Position numbers and translations under genes: made by a program. The notes beneath the pieces were generated by a model. That model ran no database searches and was not told the DNA's origin. It saw only the letters and a program-made list of their open reading frames with translations. A stretch of DNA of 63,355 nucleotides, the filler included, from Choristocarpus tenellus KU-1152 (Eukaryota > Protista > Phaeophyceae), in the NCBI GenBank assembly GCA_964200185.2. It is 12 parts of 12 records of this genome, joined end to end, with 100 filler letters (N's around TTAATTAATTAA, not from the genome) between each part and the next. Parts side by side here need not be neighbours in the genome. Positions count along the whole stretch, not along the records: positions 43,536 to 52,283 come from CAXNAD020004374.1; positions 52,384 to 55,397 come from CAXNAD020022927.1; positions 55,498 to 59,560 come from CAXNAD020016409.1; positions 59,661 to 63,355 come from CAXNAD020018461.1; 8 more parts are not named here. One strand, 5' to 3'. Shown here piece after piece: positions 51,827-63,355 of the stretch; position 1 is the first letter of the stretch, and the number at the start of each line of letters is the position of its first letter.

Positions 51827-53380
51827 TTCAACTTTATTAACCGAAACCCTTGTTCGGATAGTGTCTGGTTGGTGTTTTTGAACAGAGAAATACGCTCTGA
51901 GTCGAGAGGTCTCTGCCAGCACCTGTATGACAAACGTTAGGGATAGGGTACCTCTAATTTAATTCACCTTTTTTGAAGAAATAAATGTCATATTTTGTTT
52001 TCAATATCTAAGTTGCTATAGAGTGGAGGATTCAAATGAGTTTTTTTTTTTGTGCCTATCTTCGCATCTCCGTCAGCCTGGCACAAATGTTGCACGATCA
52101 CTTTCACAATGCCAGCCAGTATGTATATTTTGGGGGTTATTTGAAGTGATCCTATCCCCTTACGTTGTGCTCTAACAATAAATTTGATTATGCCTTCTGT
52201 GTTGAGCCTAGATTAACCTTTTAAATCTAACTTTGATCTCTCATCTTCCTCCCCCCTCCCCCCCCCCCCCCCCCCCCCCCCCCNNNNNNNNNNNNNNNNN
52301 NNNNNNNNNNNNNNNNNNNNNNNNNNNTTAATTAATTAANNNNNNNNNNNNNNNNNNNNNNNNNNNNNNNNNNNNNNNNNNNNTCTCACTAATGGTACTG
52401 CCCCCCCCACCCCCCCACCCCCCACCCCAGGCTTCAGGATCTCACCATATTGAGCAAAAAGACATTTCCACCAGGCATTTTCAAGGGCCTCACAGGAGTA
52501 TCCATCAAATTGATCTAAGGGATAGCAGCGTCGGACAGGTCTATGGCATTGATAACCAACCCCACATACACTCCCCCACATCCAGCATTGAACTATTCAA
52601 CCCCCCCCAAGTCAAGCACTCTACTCCCAAAAAACATGTCCAAATATACAGAATGTCCCACAACTCTCTATTCAAAAAGCATACTGAGGACACATGGTAT
52701 ATCATGCCCACACAAACACCTCCCAGAAGTGTCTAAATGTACTGGTTTGATTTCATCTTTCAACAGTGTTGCTTCCATCCTCCCACGCGAAAATCCAACA
52801 TCTCCGGGCCATACTTCATTTCTTACTCAGCAGCAACACTTCACCCACAGGTCACAAAACACCAACACCTACCCCTCCCCCCACCCCCTTCAGGTTGGTT
52901 TTTGGACACAGCCTAAATCAAACAAGGCACAAAAGAACACAAAAGTTGAACTTGTGTTTGCTAGCCACAAGGGGACCAACCCCTCAACAAATCAGTGAAT
53001 GGGGCACAGGAAATGACCAGGGGGGGGGGGAGGGGGGGAGAGAAAAGGTTGCCTGGTGCATTGTTAGTCACCCTGGAGGGCATACTAATCTTCTCACTAC
53101 CTCTCCCAAAACAAAAAAAATCGAGAAACTCACTCGAGCCTTGCAAGGGTCTACTCTTCAACAATATGCCACAAACGCTTGTCTGACTCATCACACAAGA
53201 GACTGTGCCAAAAAAAGGTACAAAAACTCACGAGGTCTCCCAAAAGGGTTAACAGAAAAACACAAAATGTAAATGTAAAATACTACAAGCTGCACAGACT
53301 TGAATGCCCACCTCTCCCCTCGCCCTCAACCAAATCTACTGACTCCTCCTTCAGATTCAAATCACAACAAAAGCAGCCAA

Positions 53381-55274
53381 CTAAACCAGCCCTACAACAG
53401 CCACATGAGTGGACTCTCCAATGAATCGCTTGATTTCATGAGATATTTGCACCACCTGCCCAGTTAAAAAAATAAATAGAAAATTAACAGGATAGTCAAC
53501 AAGGGAGCAAAGGAGGCGGTTGCAAGGTTAAGACATCCATCCCAATACATGTCATCCTGTTAGCTACTACCATATTTTCCGGAAACTCTCACAAACACAC
53601 TACCTGTGTTTTTCACTCCCAACAGGAATTCAAAAACACCACTGAAGGGTGATATAAGACAACACACGAAAGGTAGCAAACATGCTAATATTATATAAAA
53701 CAAAGTAACTTGTAACAACAACAAAAAATCTACACAAATCACACACGCTACAAGAATGTAAATATTAAGTACATAATATATATATTGATACTGTATGCCC
53801 TATCTCCTAGAAATATTCTGATCTCTGGAAACAAAAGTACGCACAAATTTTTTTCGAAATATTTACAAAAATAAAAAAACACAAAAAATATCATATTTAC
53901 ACAAAATAAAAAACACAAAAAACACAATTTTTTGTTTATAATTACAAAAGACATTCATCTCAAACACGAACAAAATATGCACACACTAAAAAAATAAGAA
54001 AAACAAATGCACAATCTCCATATACAAGAGAGAGAGAGAGAGAGAGAGAGAGTTAACGCTTTCAGCAAGCACTTAAAAAAAAGGTCTCTACTTTCTTTTT
54101 CTAAAAAATAATAAAAAAAAACAATCAAAAGGTAACACACCTGTTCTATCTCCTCCCTACACATTGGGCACTCGTTGGTAAGGGCACACACATGCATCGC
54201 GCACTCCCAGCAGATACCCCCATGCCCACAGGCGAGGATAACGCTGTTGTGATCGTTTTCAAAGCAAATGTTGCAGCTGTTGTCTCCCGCCACGCACACA
54301 GTAACTTCCTTCTCCCTGACATTAAAAAAAAAAAATAGAAACAAATTAATCGCCCAACCCCCCCAAAAAATAAAAATAAAAATAAAAAATAAAATAAAGC
54401 AAATAAAAAGGGTTATTGTTGGCTCGGTGACTTGACAATAAAAACGGGCGGGCGAGTCTTCACTGATATAACGTATCTCAAGGGAAGAGCAACACCGAGT
54501 CAAGATATAACGTATCTCAAGGGAAGAGCAACACCAAGTCAAGATACAACGTATCTCAAGGGAAGAGCAACACCAAGTCAAGATACAACGTATTTCAAGG
54601 GAAGAGGGAGGTGGAGCAACGACAGGTGGTACATAAGTGCAAAAGTTCATCTATATCGTTGAGAAGTACAAAACAGCAAAAAAGATATTTACCTAACCAA
54701 AGGCAGGACAGCAAAAAGTCATATGGCAACCACAACCTTCTACTAACACACCAGATAGCAGAATAAGTACGACAGTTAGCGGAAGATCAACCACATCTAT
54801 TTTACCTACTTGACATTAAAAAAAAACACAAAGAAAAGTATAAAAAAGAATAGCACAGTCGGTCAGTGCACATAGCAACACAGTCAGTGCACACGCTAAC
54901 ACAGCCAGTGCACACGCTAACACAGTCAGTGCACACGCTAACACAGCCAGTGCACACACTAGTGCCCTCTAGGAAATGGGCCACAGGATATTCCCCACCC
55001 CGAAAGCAAGACAAAAAAATTTAAAAAAAACAAGAAAACTAAAAAAAAGAAACTTCCACTTCTTTTTTGTTACGTACAGGATTTTTAAAAAATTGAAGAC
55101 AAAAAAAGCATTCGTGTTGTGGAATACTATCAAATATATGTATGTATATATTTATCCGTCGAACCTTTTTCCTGATTCTGAACATTCAGTTGTTTCAAAG
55201 TCAACAGTATTCCCACTGCATCGAGTTGAGGAGCAAACTCTAACCCACGTCTCCTTGAGCTTTTCACGAAAATT
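53381..55274 (-). CDS. C-terminal RING-HC (C3HC4) zinc-finger protein, last three exons
   Basis: Phase-consistent exons: 55274-55165; 54315-54141 (CNICFENDHNSVILACGHGGICWECAMHVCALTNECPMCREEIEQ); 53455-53381 (VVQISHEIKRFIGESTHVAVVGLV*). Confidence 0.85.
54465..54606. repeat. 39-bp minisatellite (GATAYAACGTATCTCAAGGGAAGAGCAACACCRAGTCAA), about 3.6 units
   Basis: Read directly; intronic. Confidence 0.9.
54863..54960. repeat. 21-bp minisatellite (CAGTGCACACGCTAACACAGY), about 5 units
   Basis: Read directly; intronic. Confidence 0.9.
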
Positions 55275-55497
55275 CTGAGAAAACAAAAAAAAGGGGAGCC
55301 AACAGACAACACCGTTGCGTGGACAACGGGGAGGGCAGAGGAGTGGTAAGGGTGGGGGGAGGGCAAAGGAGTGGTAAGGGTGGGGGGAGGGCAGAGGNNN
55401 NNNNNNNNNNNNNNNNNNNNNNNNNNNNNNNNNNNNNNNNNTTAATTAATTAANNNNNNNNNNNNNNNNNNNNNNNNNNNNNNNNNNNNNNNNNNNN

Positions 55498-55574
55498 TAA
55501 GTGCACTTTTCCTGGTAATGACCCGAATGGACACCCTGGCGTAGACCCCCCCCCCCCTTCTGATACTTTGAACC
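55498..55574. mobile_element. MITE family A end at contig start
   Basis: GGACACCCTGGCGTAGACCCCC..TGATACTTTGAACC. Confidence 0.65.
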
Positions 55575-55669
55575 TTTCACATTTTTATATTCGATGGGTG
55601 TATGATGCAGACACTAAAAATGTTGCCCAGCATAGTCTCAAGCGAGATGGGGTAGCCCACACCTATGAT

Positions 55670-57030
55670 TCTGCCCCTGAATCCCTCCAAACCTCCATTC
55701 CAGCACAGTGTTTCGCCACATCCACTGGGGCATCCAGGGGAACCTTGCCTACTTTCTCAGCCTTTTCCTTGCTAAGATGAAGAATTTTGAAGACGTAGTT
55801 ATCCTTGGACCCAAGCACTTCACGGCAGACTGCAAAGCGACTCTGACAGATGACCTCTAGCGTCTCCCAAAGGGTACACAGCGAACACCTCCATTGTGAC
55901 CTTCACCAGCTCCTCTGTTGGTCACCCACCCCCATGTCTTCCCTCAGGTACTAAATGGAATGAAAGAATCCAATGGCCGTTGACTGATTCTCTATGTCAA
56001 TGTCGTCCCCCACCACCTCCTCAATTGCTTCTATATTCCTTCCCACCTTGGTGTGTGGTTTTGCCCTGTCCTGCTACACAGAGATGGTGTGTTCTTCCAG
56101 TCTAGGCATGGGGGCCTTGATTGTTGGGATGACATCCTCGATTGTGAGCTTCTTATACCTCTCCTCATCCACCACGACTGGCACAAGCACCTTGGTGCCC
56201 TTGGGGTGGTGTTTGCTGGAGTGCTTCAATCTTAGTGTCCACGATTGACCAGATCCCAATTTTCCCATCTAACCTCAAATTGGAGAGCTCCCTAGCGCAA
56301 GTCACGGCTACAAGGAACATCACCTCCATTATGTAATGTAATGCTTATTCTGTGCCCGGGGAGGTTTAGGGGGTTTTCAGTGGGGTGTAGGTACATACCT
56401 TGTCCATCTTTCAGGATGTAAACCACTTCTAATCCACATGCACCCATTCATATGGATCATCCACAAACACCCAACTTCCTCCCCTCCACAGCGTGTGAAT
56501 GATGGCGAAATTCACCCTGTTGATTTTCTGCTGGCCTGAGAGGAGTGGCTTAACCCACCGCTTGACCTTATTCACCTCTACACCCTTGCACAGATCCCAC
56601 AACAAGGCGAGGGAGACCCCAGCTTTGGCTACCCATTTATTTGTGGAAGGATGTGCGTTGTACCAATGGAACATCCCAAAATGTCGAGGATACTTGTATG
56701 GCGGCGACATCACACCTTGCAACGTCGTACAAGGTCTATGCATTCACCCATGCGGGCTGTCATACTCCTTAGATGATGGAGCACAGTGATTCGGGAAATT
56801 CCAAAGTCCTCCACAATGGCTGCTGCCACCCCCCACTACATCAGAGTCTTGCGCCCTTTCACTTCCCGGCATCGTGCTACTACACTATTCTTCACCAGTG
56901 TGTTTTGAGTCTGGACCCCGAACAGACATCTGGGCTGAATAGTTGGGACCGATGGGCGACAAAGGGATGAGCGAGCCGCTCAAACAACAGGGAACTTTCT
57001 TCCTAGGCATCCCAATATACATCCACTTTG
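55670..57030 (-). mobile_element. Decayed DD39D-type mariner transposon (same family as 4610-5765)
   Basis: KRWVKPLLSGQQKINRVNF..DPYEWVHVD*KWF, PVVVDEERYKKLTIEDVIPTIKAPMP, and C-terminal EVLGSKDNYVFKILHLSKEKAEKVGKVP. Confidence 0.85.
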
Positions 57031-57251
57031 CATGTATGTCCTCCACGACAGCTTAAAGTATCAAAAGTATGGAAGTATGGAACGGGTTTATGGTAAGGTA
57101 GTAATGGATATGACAGGCACTCGTAACTTATCACTCATCAGTAATCATTAAAAAAAAATGTGTTCTTTGTTACTTGGATTGTACTTCAATCTATATATTC
57201 TTTTATTGTAGTAGTAGGGTCAATCAATTTTCGATTTCATTCTTCACATTT

Positions 57252-57511
57252 GAGTCAAAGTATCTGAGAGGTAGGCAGGATTGCATTTTAAGGATCCCGA
57301 GAAAGGGCAAAAATATGTCATTTTGTTCAATTGCAGAAAGAGCCTTTGCTGAATTGTGGTGTCATTTTGTTTTGTGGAAGGAGGGAATATCAATTGTGCG
57401 TACACTATTGTATTTACGAAGCAATGAAATAGAGTGTACTGCACAGGGTAAGAATGGTGGCTTAGAACGCGTAAGGACCCAAGCATGCTTACCTCTCAAT
57501 TGGTTTGACTC
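57252..57511. mobile_element. MITE related to family B (GAG...CTC termini)
   Basis: GAGTCAAAGTATCTGAGAGGTAGGCA / TGCTTACCTCTCAATTGGTTTGACTC, with flanks ATTT/ATAT. Confidence 0.6.
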
Positions 57512-57924
57512 ATATGACAGGGCCACCAAAATAAAACGTAAAGAATAAGATTGAACAAGAAGATCGATCCAGGTCCATCTTAGAGAATAACTGGACTGGG
57601 CCATTGACTGGTCCCGGAAAAAATATATGTTGTTTCAGGGTTGGACCAGGGTCATCGAGATCGTAAACCGGGGCGGTCTTCGAACCAATTCGGTACATAA
57701 TTTACTAACAGGACCGGACCAGGGGTATCCAGATTGTAAACCAGACCAGACTGAAGGTGAGACCGTGCCCCTGATCCGACCAGTCGGTCCGGTTGACTGC
57801 CGGTCCGGTGTATACCTTGGCAATTACAAATAATAGACACATCTTAGGCCATAGGTCAGCCCAAGTTGCTTCCGATCGTATTGGTACAGGTGGTGCTCCA
57901 TACAATCAGGAGGAACCAACACCA

Positions 57925-57960
<36 letters not shown>

Positions 57961-58231
57961 TCAACTGCAATATAGTACATACCATGTTCTTCGAAGTACT
58001 ATGTATTTATCAGGTCTTATTTTACGTAGTATACAATATCTTTAATTTGAAAGACTGAAATTATTTTCCAAGAAAATACAAAATATAAAACCAAATCTGA
58101 GAATAATCTGCTCGATGTGGACTAACCCATGGTCATATGTCGGACAGAAAGTATGTGGCGGAACCGGTTGGGGTAAACACTGTACGTAGTGTGTGGCTCA
58201 GCAGTGTGGCGAACTGGAGCCATTGACATTT

Positions 58232-58412
58232 GACCCAAAGTATCTGGGAGGGGGAGGAAATCTACACCACCAGGGTGTCCATTTGCACCAAAATCAGGAA
58301 AAGTGTACTTACATTATCCATCCAACGTATCCAACCAAATCACCCAAAAATCGTGGCATGAAAAAATTGACCCCAAATGGACAGTCGCCACCCCCGTCAG
58401 ATACTTTGGGTC
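58232..58412. mobile_element. MITE family A, complete copy
   Basis: Perfect 15-bp TIR GACCCAAAGTATCTG / CAGATACTTTGGGTC with a 3-bp TSD TTT. Confidence 0.88.
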
Positions 58413-59684
58413 TTTATAAACCGGATAAGGATGAGGACCAGCCTAGGGGATAAAATACTATGGAGTACAAGGATGTCTTAATAGGGTCGGACTGGGACTG
58501 TCGAAGGGCTTAACCATCCTGATCAAGGCCTAGCCTGTTCCGGATATATTGTAACAGAGGTCTCGGTTCGCATGAATTAGGATTGTCACCCTCATGCCTA
58601 CCTGGGGAGTTCACGGGTAGTGAGCACCTCGGTCTCTGAACAGTATATTTTCCTGACACATACACTTCCACAGGCATCAATCTTTGGATCGAGAGATCCA
58701 GTCTCATAATGTGCTCTCCTTTCTTTGTAGTCATAACTTGAATTACTTTAAGGTAGGAGACATCTAGCTGCTTTGTGGTTTCTTCAATCTTACTACACAT
58801 CCAACACTACTGCATTATTCTTCTCGGCCAAGCAAACATTGATTCCTCTATGGGACAGACAGGCTCCATACCCACGTGGGTTGCAACATGTGCAGATTCA
58901 TGACACTGGCCCTCTTCACAAGGGTATTGTTGAATACGCCTTCATCAGGAGTAGCTATCAACCTGGGTAGGGACGGTTGCATGTTTGACTTGTCGCTACC
59001 AATACTGTCACTGTCACTGCTGCTCCCACTGCCACTACTACTGCTTCTTCTTATTGCCAATCAGCAATCAGTTCCCACTGATCTCTGGGTACTAGACCTC
59101 CACCCCTTCATTCCTTCCCCCTATATTTATTTTCCACAATAGTCATTGCGTGGAAAAGGGTTTTCGTGACAGACAAGGGAGTCATTCATCATCCATTAGT
59201 ACTCCTCAAAAATAGTAATGTTGCTTAAATTACAATTCAATTAGACTCTACGTTCTATTATAAGACGGCTATTCAATCTTTATTTTTCATATCTGACTGG
59301 GCCACTGAAATAAATATTGAACGTGAATAAACATGAAGACCGATCTAGGACCATCCCGGACCGTCCCGCGAACTGGGCCAAGTAAAATACGTCTTATCTG
59401 GGTCAGACCAGAGTCATGGAAGTCGTAAGCTGATCATTTCTGTTTCAAATTCCCTTTAAAACAGCCTCTCGGCAAAATTGAGGACGAAGCATTTTATGGA
59501 GGATGAGTTTGACCTAAAATGGTGCGCGGAAAGTGCCCATATGTTTTTTTTTTGTAAATGNNNNNNNNNNNNNNNNNNNNNNNNNNNNNNNNNNNNNNNN
59601 NNNNTTAATTAATTAANNNNNNNNNNNNNNNNNNNNNNNNNNNNNNNNNNNNNNNNNNNNCAATCGATGCGATGATGTGCCAGT

Positions 59685-59867
59685 GGCTCAAGGTATCTGG
59701 GGGGGGGGGTGGCGGCTGCTGCACATTTGGGGTCAATTTTTTCATGTTGCAATTTTTGGGTGATTTAGTTGCATGCGTCGGATTGACAATGTAAATACAC
59801 TTTCCTGATTTTGGTCCAAGTGGACACCCTGGTGTAGACCCCCTCTCCCCCCCAGATACTTTGAGTC
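59685..59867. mobile_element. MITE family A, complete copy (opposite orientation)
   Basis: TIR GGCTCAAGGTATCTGGGG / CCCCAGATACTTTGAGTC with a 3-bp TSD AGT. Confidence 0.85.
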
Positions 59868-60310
59868 AGTGAGCATTGTGGTGGTGTCTCGAGTCATATA
59901 CAATGGAGATTGTTCCCTGGATGGATTTGGCAGGTTTGAACCCCCTCAACCCCAGATTCCTTCCAACCAAAATCTAGTTACGAATATCGTGAGTCCACGT
60001 GGCAGGACGGATTGTACACGAATACTAACCTACTTCTTGCTATATCATAAAAAAAAGCAAGACCAAGAAGGAGCTTTCAATCCTTCATTGCCAGGAGGTG
60101 GGCCTGGCACAAGATTTGAAAACGTGGAGCGACAAGCAGTGCCACCACCAAACCCACAACGTGAGAAAGAAAGCGCAGACGGACAGAGGCAGTGTAATCA
60201 GACTTCCAAACTAATAAAAGAATCATGCACACTGTATCTGGAAATAATAAAGTATTTGATGATACGCACAGCTGAAGCATTGTTGCAATACACTGGCACT
60301 ATGAAAGTGA

Positions 60311-60585
60311 GACCTATCGTATCCTGGCAGAAGGGGTTCAGGCGTCCATTCAGGGCCTTTAAGACCCTGTAGTGATCATTATGGCATTTGAGCGAACGTG
60401 TCATATGTAAGGGAATTTTTCTTCATCTGGATGCGCCTTCCTTTCCCGTTCTTCTGTCTGGACCAAATCTGAAGGAAGATCTCCCACTAAACGGGCACCA
60501 AAAGTGGGGCGTAATACAATATCCCATCATGCCCCGAATGGACGACCTGGGCTAACCACCCCCCCACCCTCTAGCATGATATGAA
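60311..60585. mobile_element. MITE family C, second copy
   Basis: Colinear with 7164-7436 (e.g. ACGTGTCATATGTAAGGGA..CTTCATCTGGATG..CCTTCCTTTCCC). Confidence 0.65.
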
Positions 60586-61971
60586 GGTGAATCTAGGTAA
60601 ATGAGGGAAGAATTCGAGTAGTCGATCAGGTTCTGACTTTGCGAAAAAGTCCAACCTCGTACGTTATGTATCGAGTAGTGGACTCTCTTGTAGCAGGGAT
60701 CGTACATTTTACCACAAAATATAGGTAAATGGTAGATGGTCTACTTTTCCCTTTGTGTCTTTGTGAAACTCGATTAGGGTGCATGTATTGCTACCCAAAA
60801 CTGACAAGTGCAAGCGGCAAGTATGCGCACAGACAGGCCAAAAGTGGAACGTTCCAGTCGCTATAATCATCCTCAGATATCACCCAGTAGAGGATAATCA
60901 TCGTGCACCTCAATTGTAGTGAGTCTTCAGTCGTACATTTAACTTTAGGATATCTATACCTTCGTCTCGCAGCTTGATAATCATCCACTTTCGTTGGTTA
61001 TCAAGGCATTGACACATCCCAGGCACTGTCATGGACCCTCACCATCTGCTTATATTCCTGTGGATTGGAGCTAAATATCCCATCAGGGTAAGCTGCTGGT
61101 AGCGTTTTGAAATATTCTATTCATATATCGTGGCATAAATATATAACTATAGCCTAGGCTTCTGCAAGAAGTAATCAGGTGGCTTATTAAGTTATGAAGT
61201 CATGCACAGACCGCATACAAGTCTTGTGGTTTGTATGGTTTGACGAAATGCGATTGTATGTAATTTGGGTTGGGCTGGGAGTTGCCTCCGATATTTTCCA
61301 TCTGCTTTTGAGGCACATTGACCAACTTATTCACCATTTTTGTGTGCGAAGTGAGGGATTACACTTCAACACTGTATACTTTGTGTAGTATGAGCAAACA
61401 TATCATGTGTGCAAGTACTCGTAAATGTATATTAAATACATATTGAAGTACGAAGTCAGATCCTTTTTGAATACTGTACGACTATAAAATCTATGGCACA
61501 ATAATTAAATATCAGATAGATAGATCATCCTGCTGATTTGGTTACATGCATAGATCCTGCCGCATTTTTAAGCACAGTTATGAGCAGTAAGCAATTTAGA
61601 AAACATCTCTTGATAGGAGGTTTTCCAAAACATAAATATAATATTTCAAAACACCTCAAAAATATACTATTTAAAGGGATATTGACATCATCTGCGCAAC
61701 ATGCCTTTAAAACACTACAAAAATAACATTTTTTTGCTCTATTTCCTCTGGGATGTTCCACAAAATCTCCCCTAAAGCATTTTCAAAGGAGGTGCAGTTT
61801 TCTGTGTACAATTTGTTTTGAAGTCCTGAAATAATAATTCTGAAATTTTTAAGGGGGTTTCGGAATCCCAAGGAATACTTCAAAAGGTGACCTTTCGAAA
61901 TCCTAAGTATCTTGGTCTTGGAGCACACTTCAAAAGGTTGAAAACGTGATCTGTGAAACCTATGACCACAT

Positions 61972-62715
61972 GTGTTACAGGCGAAAAGCGCGAGAATTTC
62001 TTCTTGTGTTCCAACGAAGTGCGAGCATTTGTTACAAGCGAATAGCGCGAGCATTTCTTCTCATGTTTTAGCAAACACGAACATTTGTGACAGACGTATA
62101 GTGCGAGTATTGTTTCTCACGTACTAACAAGTGCGAACAATATACGATATTAGTAACACATAGGTAGCCTCACAGGATAAATGATGATTTTATAGAAGAT
62201 ACAGAGTAAGATTCGGAATGCATACGTAACATTACAGAAGAAAATGTCAAAGTCCCCAAGCAGTTGCGGAATAAAGGTTTATGATTGGACTACGTGTAGA
62301 GCAGTCGCATAAAAGACCAAAGAAATTGGGTGGATGATGAAAATAATAAGAGGGCTCGTAGTCAAACGATCACCCCTTTTTACCTGCAGTCCTTACTTTT
62401 TTTTTATCTTGAACGAAACTTTGAGTCGAGCTTTGAGCTAAGCACTGAGTGAAATATCAAGAAGAGAAGGACACCTGCACCCTACAAACTGTTACCAAGG
62501 GCAACGCCCCGATAGTGTCGTTATAAGGTCGTTGGATTTGAGTTGTACATCCTGTGGAGGTGAGTTCTGAGGGGTACGCTGTAACAGAGTCAGCGATGTA
62601 CACAGTAGGGGGGAGAGGGGCAGGAGGCTACAGCAGGAAATGGGCTGTCAAATCCTGTCTACTACAGCTAGTATATGTTACAATACAAGTAGCCCTATCA
62701 AGACGTGTCATACGT
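61972..62715 (+). repeat. Dispersed repeat family D, longest copy
   Basis: The 5' part matches 19070-19400 and the 3' part matches the reverse complement of 33720-34040. Confidence 0.7.
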
Positions 62716-63316
62716 CTTAAGCTGGAGACACCAGAGAGATGGGCATGGAGGGGCTTATTTGATTATTGAGATGCTTCCCTAGCTTCTCACCCTGGGGTGT
62801 AGGGCTAAGCTAAGTTGGAGGCACAGGAGGGTAGTGGTGTAGCATAGCTGGTAGTAAAATAGTAAACAATAGAAAAAAATCTTTCACATTTGTTACAACT
62901 GTTACTTTTTCATGGGTTCTTGTCCAAAAATAGGACAATAGTAAGTTGTACCCTGCTTTTGTGAATTTAATATTATGGTATTGAATTGAAGTCCATGTGA
63001 TGTGTAACTAATGACATACAGTGTTGGCAGTCACCTCTAGGATGATACCAATCTTGATTGTTTTGAAAAGGTTGCCCAACGATTTAAACGATGACCAGCC
63101 TATCGAATGAAGGCTCTTGATCTAAGCTATCGATAGCCTAGATCCAGAGCTTTTACTTGATTTGCTCATTGTCGATTAACATGTTGGGTAACCTTTTTTC
63201 AAAAAAGATTGGTCACCGCCACAACAGTACGTGGGCTAATCTCGGCTTACTAATGTTTAAGCCACTCACAGGACAAAATTCTGGTTGAGCGTCGGCGAGA
63301 ACACTGCTTGATATTT

Positions 63317-63355
63317 GACCCAAAGTATCTGGGAGGGGGGGGAGGTCTAGACCAG
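63317..63355. mobile_element. MITE family A left end at window edge
   Basis: GACCCAAAGTATCTGGGAGGGGG preceded by TTT. Confidence 0.7.

Noticed and set aside
53955-54650. 231-aa single-exon RING ORF
   Set aside because: Only 54315-54141 is exon; the rest is intron, T-tracts and a 39-bp minisatellite.

Overview
This is eukaryotic genomic DNA, not a prokaryotic locus. It is an artificial concatenation of 12 short contigs joined by 100-bp linkers (N-run, TTAATTAATTAA, N-run), so adjacency across linkers is not biological. Short exons, kb-scale introns, TTAGGG-type repeats and a class II DAHP synthase suggest a stramenopile or brown-alga-like genome (inference). By hand splicing I reconstruct parts of six genes: PARG, a complete DUF4604/KIAA1143-like gene, exocyst Sec10/EXOC5, an unknown gene head-to-head with Sec10, class II DAHP synthase and a RING-HC protein. 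Also present are a decayed intron-containing RCC1 pseudogene, three decayed DD39D-type mariner transposases, several related MITE families, other dispersed repeats and minisatellites. The most notable signal missing from the ORF track is at 44.9-47.1 kb: a tandem array of eight paralogous box C/D snoRNA units. Their guide CTGGAATTACCG is antisense to the universal 18S CGGUAAUUCCAG (snR77/SNORD65-type). The array appears to lie inside a DAHP synthase intron and shows a covarying internal stem, splice-site-like signals between copies, one copy with a rewritten guide, and one copy whose 3' half is amplified nine-fold.
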